A stretch of DNA of 63,942 nt, filler included, from Octopus bimaculoides (Eukaryota): the NCBI RefSeq assembly GCF_001194135.2. It is 5 parts of 5 records of this genome, joined end to end, with 100 filler letters (N's around TTAATTAATTAA, not from the genome) between each part and the next. Parts side by side here need not be neighbours in the genome. Positions count along the whole stretch, not along the records: positions 1 to 25,595 come from NC_068986.1; positions 25,696 to 33,308 come from NC_068988.1; positions 33,409 to 53,552 come from NC_068984.1; 2 more parts are not named here. The stretch is one strand, 5' to 3'. A model generated the notes under the pieces. It worked only from the letters and a program-made list of their open reading frames with translations. It did no database searches and was not told the origin of the DNA. Numbering within the stretch: position 1 is the stretch's first letter; each line of letters opens with the position of its first letter. Below, piece after piece: positions 23,717 through 36,300 of the stretch. The position numbers and the translations under genes were made by a program.

Positions 23717-24168
23717 ACACTTAAAATGCTTCAGTAGATACTGTGCAATGTATTTGTTCCATATTTCAAGCTTATCTCTCTTGCAATTTAAGGGATTTCG
23801 ATGCTCATCACAAATTTGCTGAATACCTTCCTACCGGTTTCCTTTCTTCGACATCTTCACCGCTTTGTAAGCCTCTTTGTGTTGGCGGATCATGTCAAAG
23901 GAGACACTTAAAATGCTACAGTAGATACCGTGCAAAGTATTTGTTCCATGTTTCAAGCTTATCTCTTTTGCAATTGAAGGGATTTCGATGCTCATCACAA
24001 ATTTGCTGAATACCTTCCTACCGGTTTCCTTTCTTCGGCATCTTCACCGCTTTGTAAGCCTCTTTGTGTTGGCGGATCATGTCAAAGGAGACACTTAAAG
24101 TGCTACAGTAGATACCGTGCAAAGTATTTGTTCCATGTTTCAAGCTTATCCCTTTTGCAATTGAAGGG
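23717..24168. repeat. 187-bp tandem repeat, 2.4 copies, apparently derived from LINE ORF2
   Basis: acactta recurs at 23717, 23904 and 24091; minus translation HKEAYKAVKM..GIQQICDEHRNP..DKLETWNKYF resembles the EN-RT linker. Confidence 0.85.
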
Positions 24169-24344
24169 GTGGGTCGTTGTGATTTGACGGCCAACACTTG
24201 TTTTCTTAACGAAACACTTTCAAACTTGGGACACTGGTAGAATGTGTCATACAAAACAACTTTTTCTCTTAGCCTTCTTAACAAAAAATTGTACATCGCA
24301 AGTTATTTCATGTTAAAGTTGTCGTATTTCTGTAATTTCAACCA

Positions 24345-24992
24345 TGAGGAGTGCATTTGCCAATTGTTTCCTCTGGTTTTTTGTGATGGCTGATGTTAAA
24401 ATATTGTTCATTTCGTCGGCGCTTATGTCATTGTTGCTACTGAGATTCTATTTTAGTTTGGTTTGGAAGTTTGTTCTTTCATCATTGTCATTTGGTAGCA
24501 TCCTCCAATTAAACGTCGTACGCTTCTTGAATTCCTACGCTTGTCTATTAAATTCCAATCGGAAGTGGCAGGAAACAAGTAGGTGCGGCAGTTAGTGAAT
24601 GAGCTCATACACTTTGCCATTAGAGCAATATGGTCCAACTACCTTTTATACTCATTGGGATGCATCCAGCTCCACTTCCTCTTGTTCTTGTGGTTGTAAT
24701 CCGTCGGATTATTAGATGAACAGAAGTAAGCACATCTGCTTCCATTCTCGTTTGCGACCTTACGATGTGTATATTTTCCGACTGCTATACCTTGACCATC
24801 GTGGCCAATTTGCGCATTCATAGTCCTAGGGAGAACTACTATGTCACGCCTAGGGTAAGTTTTGCACGCTTCTGTAAGCTGGTTGTAGAATCGATCTTTA
24901 TCCTCATCATCTGCAGTTTCTGTTGGTGCGTAGCCTGTAAATATTTGCAGCTGCGGATTTCCTTGGATAGTTGCCTGAATAATTCAATCACC
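24345..24992 (-). mobile_element. RTE-clade LINE: C-terminal part of the APE endonuclease
   Basis: IIQATIQGNPQLQIFTGYAPTETADDEDKDRFYNQL..MNAQIG..NENG..KWSWMHPN..DHIAL..ATSD. Confidence 0.85.
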
Positions 24993-25522
24993 AGCTGCAA
25001 AAGTCCAACCTTCACCTCAACACGGTGCAGGTGGTGGAAAGGCTGGGTCATATTCCCAGTAGGCTGACGAAGGCTCTGGTGGAGATAGTAGGGCTAATCA
25101 CCCGCTATTGGATTCTTGCTGATTACAAAAGGAAAACAAGATGAGATCAAACGTTGGTGGTCGCATCAGAAAAGACATGAACATGTCAACATGAAGCTAT
25201 CATACCAAAGCCATTTCGCACATGTGAATGCAGATGTGTTGGGAAAGAGGCTGCCCACATTTGTCTTCTCTGCTTATAATGTTTGAACATTATTGAAGTG
25301 TGGCAAATTTGATCAATTGACACACGAAGCGGAGAAGCAGTCGATTGATGTTAAAGGCATCCCGAGACATAGATGGAAAGGGTCAGAAGACTTAAACACT
25401 ATACACAATCAGGATGGAACATGCGTGTTGTATTACTACTCTATGCAGGTACAGGAAGCATTGCTAGAGTTGGAATTCTTGTCCAGAAACGTCTTTATAA
25501 ATTCACATCATCGGTTAAAAAC
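24993..25522 (+). mobile_element. Inverted 5' part of the same RTE: 5' UTR and N-terminal part of the APE endonuclease
   Basis: SAYNV*TLLKCGKFDQLTHEAEKQSIDVKGI..RWKGS..GTGSIARVGILVQKRLYKFTSSVK. Confidence 0.8.
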
Positions 25523-25639
25523 TATATGTATACACACACACACATACACACATGCATATATATATGTGTTTTTATATTTATGTTTGTATATATATNNNNN
25601 NNNNNNNNNNNNNNNNNNNNNNNNNNNNNNNNNNNNNNN

Positions 25640-25651
25640 TTAATTAATTAA
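25640..25651. other. Assembly linker TTAATTAATTAA in a 100-bp gap (also 33353-33364, 53597-53608, 61098-61109)
   Basis: Identical 12-mer flanked by ~44 N on each side, four times; gives stop codons in all six frames. Confidence 0.9.
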
Positions 25652-26096
25652 NNNNNNNNNNNNNNNNNNNNNNNNNNNNNNNNNNNNNNNNNNNNGTAAG
25701 GGGACATCCGAGTAAGGCTGTGCACACGAACCCACACATATAGATGTGCATTGGAGTGCCTATAGCGATCTATCTATAATGTTTGTAGGCTTTTTGGGTG
25801 CCTTGTATTTCTAAGGGTTTTTTGACATATACCTTTTTATATGTTTGCATGTCCCACATGCTATACCTTCATTTATGTATTCTTTTTTACTACTATTATT
25901 ATTTTTTTTCCTGCTGTACCCTTATTTGTATTTTTATTTTTATTTTTATTTATATTTTGATTTCAATTGTATTTTTATTTTTATTTCTATCTTATTTTTG
26001 CTGTTGTTTTTCTTCTGGTCTCTACCACACCTCTGTTTTTATTTATATTTTTTTTTATCCCAATACTGTACGTGATATTATTTATAGCCTTATCTA

Positions 26097-26324
26097 TTGG
26101 GTTGTCCGGAAAGTTCGTGCCAATTTATAGTAGCTTACCATTCGACTTTTTTGCCATGAAACCACCTCAATTCTGGAAAGACGGTATTTTCAAGTTAAAG
26201 GAAAGATGGAGACGCATTGTGCAACAAAATGGTTCATATTTGGTTGATTAAAAATGTAATGGCAAGTATTTATTGACCTTTTTCTTTCCTTTAAAAATCG
26301 GCACGAACTTTCCGGAAAACCCAA
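26097..26324 (+). mobile_element. Internally deleted mariner (MITE)
   Basis: TA|TTGGGTTGTCCGGAAAGTTCGTGCC...GGCACGAACTTTCCGGAAAACCCAA|TA; retains transposase C-terminus FFAMKPPQFWKDGIFKLKERWRRIVQQNGSYLVD*. Confidence 0.92.
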
Positions 26325-26390
26325 TACTTCGAGTTTCATCGTTCAAACGATTTATCATCTACATAGACATCTTAATGTGCAACAGAGCGA

Positions 26391-26457
<67 letters not shown>

Positions 26458-28819
26458 TTTTGTCTTTGCGTTTGCGTATACATGCGTGCGATAGTATTAT
26501 GCAGTTTTCTCTCAGGACCTAAACAAGTTACGTTGTTAAGAGACTAGCAGCATCTGCAACAGGAGAAGTCTCAAGTTGAACTTGTATAAAAACAACTCAA
26601 GCACTTGAATTAAAATAAAAGGCCTTGTTGTATACTGAATGATTTATATGTTTCTTGACGTCTAGTTTATACCTTTCTTATTGCTCTTATCGTTGTTGTT
26701 AATATGTCAATAAAACAATGAACTGCTTATGGCAGACGATAAGATGTTTCAAACAGAGATGGTATGTCCTGGTAGAGACATCCTACAGAAATACTCTGCG
26801 TATTTGAAAGAGAGGAAGAGAACGGTGGTGAGAAATGCAGAAAGCAGGATAAACTGTTTCACGTTAGTCGGCATTTAAAAAGAATGTCAAAGAAACCTAT
26901 AAATTAATAAAATCCTATGCATTTATGTATTTATTTTGTGCATACTTGAAATAAGTTCACGTTTTACATCATTCATACAAGAATTCATATTTTTGTTCTT
27001 AAGGACAGTTCATTAGAAGGATCGGTGGCAAAGTTATCTTGTGTTATTTCGTTGTGTACGCCCACGCCCTGAGTTAAAATCCTTCAGAAGACGACTCCAC
27101 TTCTCTTTCTTTGGAAGTCGGTGACATAAGTATCAGTTGTGCCTTGGAGGTCATTTTAATTGGCTATGGCTATACCTTTCTCACACATTTGATCCTTGGT
27201 ACCAATGTTAGAAATGGATGTTTTATTTGTAACACGTCTCATACAATAAAAGCTGACAGTCCATGAAGTAAATTTACTTTAATTATCTTCAAATATCCCA
27301 TTGTTTTTTGGGGGTTTTTTTTTCATTAAAATACAAAGTCTGTGTTCAAACCCAGTGAGAAAATTCCCAAATCTGCAGTTCTCATCAGTTGCTTAATTTT
27401 AAATATTAAATTCTAGATTCTTAGAAAACCTAAGGTGTACATAAACGAAAGATATTTTGTGTATATCGAAAAGAGAATTGCGACGTTTCAGACAAACAAA
27501 AAAACTTTTTTCTCCAACAAAAACGTACCTGTGTCGTTAGAGTCCATTTCTTCCCATGGCTCGTGAACTGCGATTATAATATGTAGTTTCAGACATCTTG
27601 AAATGTAATACAATGTGCATCAAAGAATGGCGTATTAGGTTTGAATAAAAAAACGAACAATCTATTATAGAGCTGAGGGTTGACAGCTGTCCTGTGACAC
27701 TAACGTACATTGATAAAATCAAGAGGACCCATAAATTCTTTTGTCTATATTTCTGGTTGGATCTGAATTCAGCAATGCAAACAATATTTGTCATCGAGTG
27801 TTCATTCTGCCGTGAAATATTCCACTCTCTCCAGAGCCTCGAAGAGGTTTTAGGGGCTGATAATTAGCTATGATTTTATGACATCAACTGAATAGGAGAC
27901 GAACCCTCCTTTGGCTTGAGTACCGTTCTATCACGTTTAATATTTTCAGGAAAACCAAAGCAATATGAAATAAAAGGTTTTGTCGTCAAAACGCAGCGGA
28001 ACTCCAGTAGACACCTTAAACAGATTGCTTATAAACAGGTATCGCAGTACCATATCCACTCGGTTGACTTATCTCTTTTACTTAAGCGCTACATGCTTGT
28101 ATCTAGCTGGGATGAGTCACTGAGAATTTAGTATTTTCAATGGATATTAGAGAGCTGATGACAAAAGAAGAAACATTTGATGGATTATCTGATATCTACT
28201 CGTGGATTAGATATCGGATATATTGCTTCGTAAAAGTATGAAAATGGAAAGACATACACAAAGCTTTATTTTTATACAAAGCTTTATTTTCTTTACGTAT
28301 CCACAAAAACGTAACTCTATGGAAGGGGGAGAGATGACAGTGTAACATTCATGCATTTCGTATTAATACGCTTAGACAAGAAAAGATGTGAGAAGAGATG
28401 GCTTCTGTATATATTATCAATGTGATTGATGAAGTTTCTATCAAAGGTTGACACCACAATATGGCCTAGAATTTTCAATCGCACGTTTCGTTTTGCAGGG
28501 ATTCGCCTTTACACCAAAAATAAATTGAGGACCTGACTCAGATACAAGACCTATCTGTTATTGTGGTGTGGAAAGAGAATATGTGAAGTTCATATTTGTT
28601 CAAGGGAAAAGGTAGCAATATAAGCGTAAGCGAACTAAAATGGCCTACAGTTGAGAAGAGAAACTCATCATAAATATTAGGAAATACCAACGAGTTTTGC
28701 ACACTTATACATGACTTAAGACAGTGAACTAATTTTACAAATAGTATGAACAATGTCCGTGAGCTGTATTGGTGAGCTGGAAATGTTCGTCCAAGGATGA
28801 GTGAGAACATCTTTTAATT

Positions 28820-29205
28820 TTTATTTGTTTCAGTCATTGGACTGTGGTCATGCTGGAATATCGCTTGAAGGATTTACACGAACAGTACTTTATTCTTTTT
28901 TTAATGTCTAATACTTATCCAGTCTATCTCTTTTGCCGAAGCGCTGAATTACGGGGACATAAACAAAACAACACCGGTTGTCGACCGGTAGTGGGGAACA
29001 AACACAAGGACACGCGCACACACACATACACATATAGACGCGCGCGTGCGCGCGCACGCACACAAGCACAGGCGTTACTGTGTGGTAAAAAATTTGCTTA
29101 CCAATTAAATGGCTCTGGGTTCAGTCCCACTGCGTAGCACCTTGGGCAAGTGTCTTCTACTAGAGCCTTGTAAATGGATTTGGTCGACGGAAACTGAAAG
29201 AGGTC
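28820..29205. mobile_element. SINE-B tail (-) and SINE-B head (+) around a (CA/CG)n tract
   Basis: Matches to other SINE-B copies. Confidence 0.75.
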
Positions 29206-30167
29206 CATATATATATATATATATATATANNNNNNNNNNNNNNNNNNNNNNNNNNNNNNNNNNNNNNNNNNNNNNNNNNNNNNNNNNNNNNNNNNNNNNN
29301 NNNNNNNNNNNNNNNNNNNNNNNNNNNNNNNNNNNNNNNNNNNNNNNNNNNNNNNNNNNNNNNNNNNNNNNNNNNNNNNNNNNNNNNNNNNNNNNNNNNN
29401 NNNNNNNNNNNNNNNNNNNNNNNNNNNNNNNNNNNNNNNNNNNNNNNNNNNNNNNNNNNNNNNNNNNNNNNNNNNNNNNNNNNNNNNNNNNNNNNNNNNN
29501 NNNNNNNNNNNNNNNNNNNNNNNNNNNNNNNNNNNNNNNNNNNNNNNNNNNNNNNNNNNNNNNNNNNNNNNNNNNNNNNNNNNNNNNNNNNNNNNNNNNN
29601 NNNNNNNNNNNNNNNNNNNNNNNNNNNNNNNNNNNNNNNNNNNNNNNNNNNNNNNNNNNNNNNNNNNNNNNNNNNNNNNNNNNNNNNNNNNNNNNNNNNN
29701 NNNNNNNNNNNNNNNNNNNNNNNNNNNNNNNACATTACGATATATAAACGTACAGTATGATTTAACATATAGTGGGTAAATATATACGATATGATACGAT
29801 ATGATATGATATTACAAATTTATATGTATTATATTAAAAACGTGTACAAGTTTCCATCTACGGGCCGTTTCTGAGATGTGTCTATTAATATGGTGTAGTA
29901 CTCATATTAGAAATTAGACACTCCCTTCATCAGTATGTTCATTGTTACAGAAAGAGAGGAAAAAAATAAATATATAAAAAGGTTACAGTGACATAATACA
30001 ATATGTTAACATACATGTAAAATCAAAAGGACCTAATACATTACATCATGGCGCATTTTTTACTCGAATGCGGAATTACGTATATGTATATATAAAAAGA
30101 GAAAAAGAATATATAATAATATCTAATTAGCATAGGTTGATAAGTTGATAAGAACGGAAAGCGAAGA

Positions 30168-30545
30168 GTGTACATAGGTAGCTCGATTGACTTTAAACAA
30201 AGATATAGAAGCCAGATGAGCTCATTTAATAACTCAAAATATAGGGTATCTACTGCGCTGGCATCGTTTATACATGATCTTAAGGAAAGAAACGTAAAAT
30301 TCGAACTATCATGGTCCATCCTGGCTTACGCCCATCCGTTCGGAGTTGGATCTAACAGGTGTGGATTATGCATTAGGGAGGCATATTTAATATTGAAAAA
30401 CCATAATAATACCATGCTAAACATGTTTACTGATGCAATCCCAGCATGCACGCATAAAATCCATTCAACATTTCTGATGAAATTCAAAAAGAATAATAAA
30501 GATAAAGAAAAGGTTAGGGCGAATAGTGACTGTAAAGGGTCATAG
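30168..30545 (+). mobile_element. Penelope-like element GIY-YIG endonuclease remnant
   Basis: VYIGSSIDFKQRYRSQMSSFNN..STALASFIHDLKE..SWSILA..SNRCGLCIREAYLIL..LN..ACTHK; upstream in-frame IY motif broken by stops; no RT visible. Confidence 0.8.
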
Positions 30546-31134
30546 CATGAATTCGAACTTAGAATAGTAATAATAATGATTTAAATAGGAATACTTCCAT
30601 GATTTAAAAGTTATAAATATAATATAATATAATATAATATAATATAGTTTAATATATAACGAAGAAAAATAATAAAATAAAATAATTAGAAGAAAGTACC
30701 AATAGACATAATATAAGTAGGCCGGAATATAACTGGTATAATTTGAACTTGAATCGATGATTATGGATAAACTTATAAATGAATTAATAAATAAATTAAT
30801 AAATAAAATTTAAAATACAAGTAAAATACAAACAAAATCTTATAATGAACTAATCCGTAATAAGATCTGATTGGGCCTGTGATTTAACTTCGTCTTCTGT
30901 TTTTCTGTAAATTTCAACTATATATATATATATATATATACAAATTAAAAGGGTAAAGGTTTATCAATTTATTAATTTATTAATAAATCAACAATTAATA
31001 ATTTTTACCAAGCCCTTCGGTATGTAAGCACCATTATCGGTGGAGAACTTATTTAAAAGTTCATATACATTTATAAACATAAATTGGTTGCATACATATA
31101 TCTTTACGTTAACAAGGCATTCTCNNNNNNNNNN

Positions 31135-31201
<67 letters not shown>

Positions 31202-31423
31202 TCACTCACTCACTCACACATGCAGGCACATGACACACAAATAAAGGACATACGCATGCATAATGAAATTTTGAGGTTCGGTAACAAACATACACATACA
31301 TAAAGCACATACATATATACACACGGCTATACATATACCGTCATATACACACATGCACTCGTACACACACATACAAACAGATGCTATATATATATATATA
31401 TATATATATAGNNNNNNNNNNAT

Positions 31424-31461
<38 letters not shown>

Positions 31462-32473
31462 GCTATCACTTAGGCGTACACATAAAAAGCCATCAGAGTA
31501 CCAGTTGACACAGTAGCGTTACCTTTTTCCTGTGAAATTCAAGCTAAACCCGATGCAACTGAGTAGCAAGAACATTTGCATAACCGTCTGACTTTATTAG
31601 GGAAATCTGAGTACTTTGAAGAAAAATGCAGACATTTTGTCTATCCTTACCAAAGTAACAGTAGTGAAAAGTTCCAAGCTATAAATTAATGTCTTCAATG
31701 AAACTGATAGTCTGAGTGAAGTGGACGGTAAAAGGAAAGCAATAATAATGTTTGTTAAATTTATTTATCACCAAGGTTCATTCATACATACAAAATGCGT
31801 TACAAAGTGGCCTTATACTATGTAAAAATACAATTACATAAAAAAAGCGACAGGAAGGGGACAAGGACGTAATACAACACACACATATGTATGCATGTAT
31901 GTATGTATGTATGTGTGTTTGTGAATCACAAAGGAGGAAAGGGATTTAAAATCCAGGCGAATACTTTATAAGCACTCCGTAGGGTTCAAACTTGGCTAAC
32001 TTAATTGTCCAGTGAAAGCTATTGTAATCCACGTCGGCCGTAAAACTACTTTCCATTGTCTGTCTAATTTGTAAATTTGAAGTTTAAACACCGAATAATT
32101 TTAGTATAAGGTCACAGAGTAGAGAGAAAAAAACACAAAGAATGGAGAATTATTCATTCTTTAATTAGTTTACACGCGTTTCGGACAGAATGGAATTTCA
32201 AAATTCTGCGATGCAGTAATCAGGCATCTTGATCGATTCTATATTTGTTCGACTAAGATTCGACAGAGACGGCGAAATTTAACACTCTCCTATGCCAAAC
32301 TGCTTAGTAGAGAGAATATTTTAAAGGAAATAGATAGGAGTAAAACAATATGTTGACCAGGATAAGGAGCAAGGGAGGTATTTCAGCAGATTTACTTAAG
32401 AACCGTATGAATCAGTCCATGCTAGAAATTTAACATGATACTCAGTTTTCTAAATCCCACCCGTCAAGTTGAA

Positions 32474-32515
32474 GAATTTTTGCCATAAACATGTTGATGT
32501 TTATGGCAAAAATTC
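32474..32515. repeat. Perfect 19-bp inverted repeat with 4-nt loop
   Basis: gaatttttgccataaacat-gttg-atgtttatggcaaaaattc. Confidence 0.95.
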
Positions 32516-32949
32516 CTATCCTATTCAAACTATTACTGACCAATTCAAATAAACTGAAAATGTATGTAATACCAAACTATTCAGTAGATAAATATTTTAC
32601 CACGAGGGAAATGTCGTTTGAAGTAAATGTAAACTATGAGTGGAACACAGAAAGCGTTAATGAGAATGCCAATGAAACTAAGCGATATATCATTTACTAT
32701 TTTAAAAGAATAATTTTTCTTAAAAGAATTACTATTAAAAATTTAAATATTTGTAATAAGATGAAAAAAAAAATTAAGATAAAAATAGATCAAAAATAAA
32801 TTTTAATTAAATCGAAAAACAAAAAAATTAAGCAGTGATAAAAATATATCTAAAAATAATTAAAAAATACTAATAAAGAAACTAATTACAGAATTTTAAA
32901 ATAGTAACAATAACAATAAAAACAATAATATTATTGTTGTTATTATTAT

Positions 32950-33308
32950 TTTATGTTTGACTTTTGTTTTGCATTTGTACAAGTTGGATCCAAGTCTCAC
33001 CCAGAGACCTCAAGAGACAACAAGTTAGAAGTTCACGTAGGTGTTATGCCTAGGGTACCATATATTTGGATTTGTACAGTTTTGTTCAAGTGAATGTTTA
33101 AGAAACCATAAGAAAATTATGTGTTTGCTTTAAAATTTGAGATCACATAGACAGTATTTTACGTAGGATATGGGCAGTTCCCATGAGCACTATCTTTTGA
33201 ACTTCAGCCATTTTGGGGTTTCCTGGAATCTGATCTAGGTAGTAATCAGCCCGTTTCGCTGTCATTCCCAGGGCACCTATGACAATAGGTATTGTTTTCG
33301 TCTTCAGA
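32950..33308 (-). mobile_element. 3' end of an RLE-type (R4/Dong-like) non-LTR retrotransposon
   Basis: 33307-33143 reads LKTKTIPIVIGALGMTAKRADYYLDQIPGNPKMAEVQKIVLMGTAHILRKILSM*; 3' UTR ends in (TAA)-like repeats. Confidence 0.8.
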
Positions 33309-36300
33309 NNNNNNNNNNNNNNNNNNNNNNNNNNNNNNNNNNNNNNNNNNNNTTAATTAATTAANNNNNNNNNNNNNNNNNNNNNNNNNNNNNNNNNNNN
33401 NNNNNNNNTATATATATATATATATGTATACACATACATATATATACATATATATATACGTATATTTTTTGTAGTTTGAGAAAGTCAGTATACTAAAAAA
33501 AACACGTGCTCTTGTTGCAATTCTTATACATTGTGTTGATCTGTTAGGGGTCAGGACCCCAAATCAGTATTCAAATTTGGGTCTAAACTATTCAAACTTT
33601 ACATAATATGGCAGAAACATTTCTCAACAAAACTTCAATACCTGTGAAGTTTAAATTCAAAGCTGAAGCAAAGATACCTTACTGCCATCGCTCTCATACA
33701 AACGTACAACATAAATTCAGAGAACTTTCAAGTACGAAGATAATAGACTGATACTTCTTTAAGGATACTTGCATCCATCCCAAAATACTGCAAACCTGAA
33801 GTCAATGTAGCTCTTATGCAACAAGACTAAGCAAATTTAATTAAAATGATAAGAAACCGTTTACGTACATACTGAATTTGTGACAGAATACAACTCCAGT
33901 AAATATAATAATAGGTCAGACATAGGATGTAGTTCCTGTTATATTTTGGTGGATACATTGTTTTTAAAACATAACCCTGTCATCTAGGGATAGTGGAGAA
34001 TTTTCTGTGGTTATGAAATAGACACACGAACGTCACTCTAGACAATTAGTTTATATCGCAATGATACATCATAATAATTTAGTTCGGATGAATTTCTCAA
34101 ATGAAGGAAGAAATAATTTCATCTTGTCTCTTACTGAAAATATTCATCTTCTGTTTCTGAAGTCTGGTGTAATCTAACTGAATAAGCAGAATGTCACTAA
34201 TACCGTTAATCATTGGTTACAACTGGTTGGTTATCGTTGTTGTTCCCTCATCATCGTCGTTATTGTTGTTTATCCCTAGTTTGGCTCTGATCAAACAGTA
34301 ATATGTTCAAAAGTATTCGAACCGTAACCATCCCATCTTACTTTAAGCAGTGTATTTAAAACTGTATTAATAAAAGTGTCCATTAACTTTAACGGGCAGA
34401 GAGTGTGTTCTACAAAGACTATTATACAATTTTTAGTGAATCGAATGATCATGTACAGTCTACATCGTTGTGTTATAACCCCAATGTCATTTAGTGCTCG
34501 TTTTTACCAAGCAGTAGGTGACGCTGAATAAAAATGTGCTCGAAACTTGCAATGGTCCCAGCATATTTTGTTTGCAATAGTCCCAGCATGTTTTGTTGTA
34601 TTTACAGCTATTTTTATAGAAATTATATACTATAGTCTCTAAAAGGACAAGCTATTAAAAAATGCAAACACATTATGTTTTCTAACATGGCCACATACTT
34701 TGAGGGGAAGATTATAAACTGGCATTCGTTATATCAACTCTGGAATTACGGAATTCGAAGTCGACTTTTTTTCTCTTTTGAACTCAATGCTTTAAAACAT
34801 ATAATTAAAGAATGAAGCGGTTAAATTCAAATTAGAATAGGTATAAGTCAAAATGCATTAATCAGTTTTCCCTTGTTTTCTTCTGGTAGCAAACTCTCAA
34901 TTTAAAGATAAAAAGGACTTAATTCCTATCATTACAAAGAGTGATATGAGTTGAAATTCAATGTCATCATAAGTCTGCTTACTTGTTTACTATTTGCTGT
35001 TGTTTTATTTAAATATTCAACTAATGTATTTATGTCTTGTCGGATAAAGTCTTTCATGGCAATTATTGCAGTCTACAGTAAAACTTCCTTTTACTGACAG
35101 CCTTTTCGTCGACAAACGCTTCTCATGGTAGCTTGTCTCTTGCAAATGTCTTCTTTATATAATTACATTTACATATATTTCCAATCAGAAATTATAGTGG
35201 AACACAACCTTCCAATATTTCATATATTTGAATAAGAGACACTCGTCTGTCAAACAGAATCAGATTAATTTAATACTGGTCGCGCTAAGTTCAGTTATAA
35301 TGAGAATACGCTATATGTCAGTTTTACAAACAGCATCTTTAACGTCAAAATAATTTTAATTAGAATGTTTTGTATGTTTTTCCCAAGTAAGCATTATTTG
35401 CTCCATGATTACTGAGTTTTGTTATTTGATTTTATAAGATTTGTTTAACTGAATATATTGATTGATGGCGTTTAATTATGGAGAATACATGATATAATCA
35501 TAAAATTCAAATTATAAACTAATATCATCAGGAATCATAAAATATGTCTAAACATTTTCAGACAAGTGGCACTGGTAATTAGAGTATATCGCTTAGTCTA
35601 AAAAGTTTAGTTTAAAACCAAATCAGGAAATATACGGCACTATCAAAGCATCATTACTTCATCATTTTCTATTTCCCTACTTCTACTAGTGAACGAGTTC
35701 GAACAAACGATATCTCTTACAGGCAGTTGTTTTTCTTTTCTTGTCCTAATTTGAACATTACGTAGAAGTATATGATCGATATTTACCTAACTGTTATTTA
35801 ATGAATATAAAGTGTAAATACAATTAGCTATTGATTGTTGTTGGTATATTTTGAATAATATTTCAATATATATAAGGAAAGTCAACTTAATAATGCTTAG
35901 CATACGGCTAAAGCAGAACAGTTATAGTAACAGAATTAAATTTATAGTCATCTGGTTAAACAGTAAACTCAATAATATATACTATAAACAATTATGCATG
36001 ACATCTGTATTTACTGCTAAAATTTAAATACGAAATAGAAATCAAGAAACCGTTGGAAGCATGTCATCGTAAGCACACTATTGAAACATGTTTATTTATG
36101 TATTATACTGTAATATCTTAAATTTTTATGCGTCCTCAGTTATGACAACATCATTATTAATGCAATTAACTTGTTCGTGACAGATAAATTGCTTATTTTA
36201 CATGATTCTTGTAGTTGAAACTTCCTTGCCGAGAGTTAACACTATGAAAATTTATTTAACATCACTTGTTGAAAAGAATACCGGCAAAAACAGCATAATT

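Noticed and set aside
25640-25651. TTAATTAATTAA as a homeodomain-binding or biological motif
   Set aside because: Always centred in 100-bp N gaps; it is an assembly linker.
32170-32230. Another hammerhead (GAAACGCGT on the minus strand)
   Set aside because: The core reads CUGAUUA, the cleavage position is G, and stem I is not evident.
32491-32799. 102-aa ORF
   Set aside because: K/I/N-rich translation of very AT-rich sequence with no motif.
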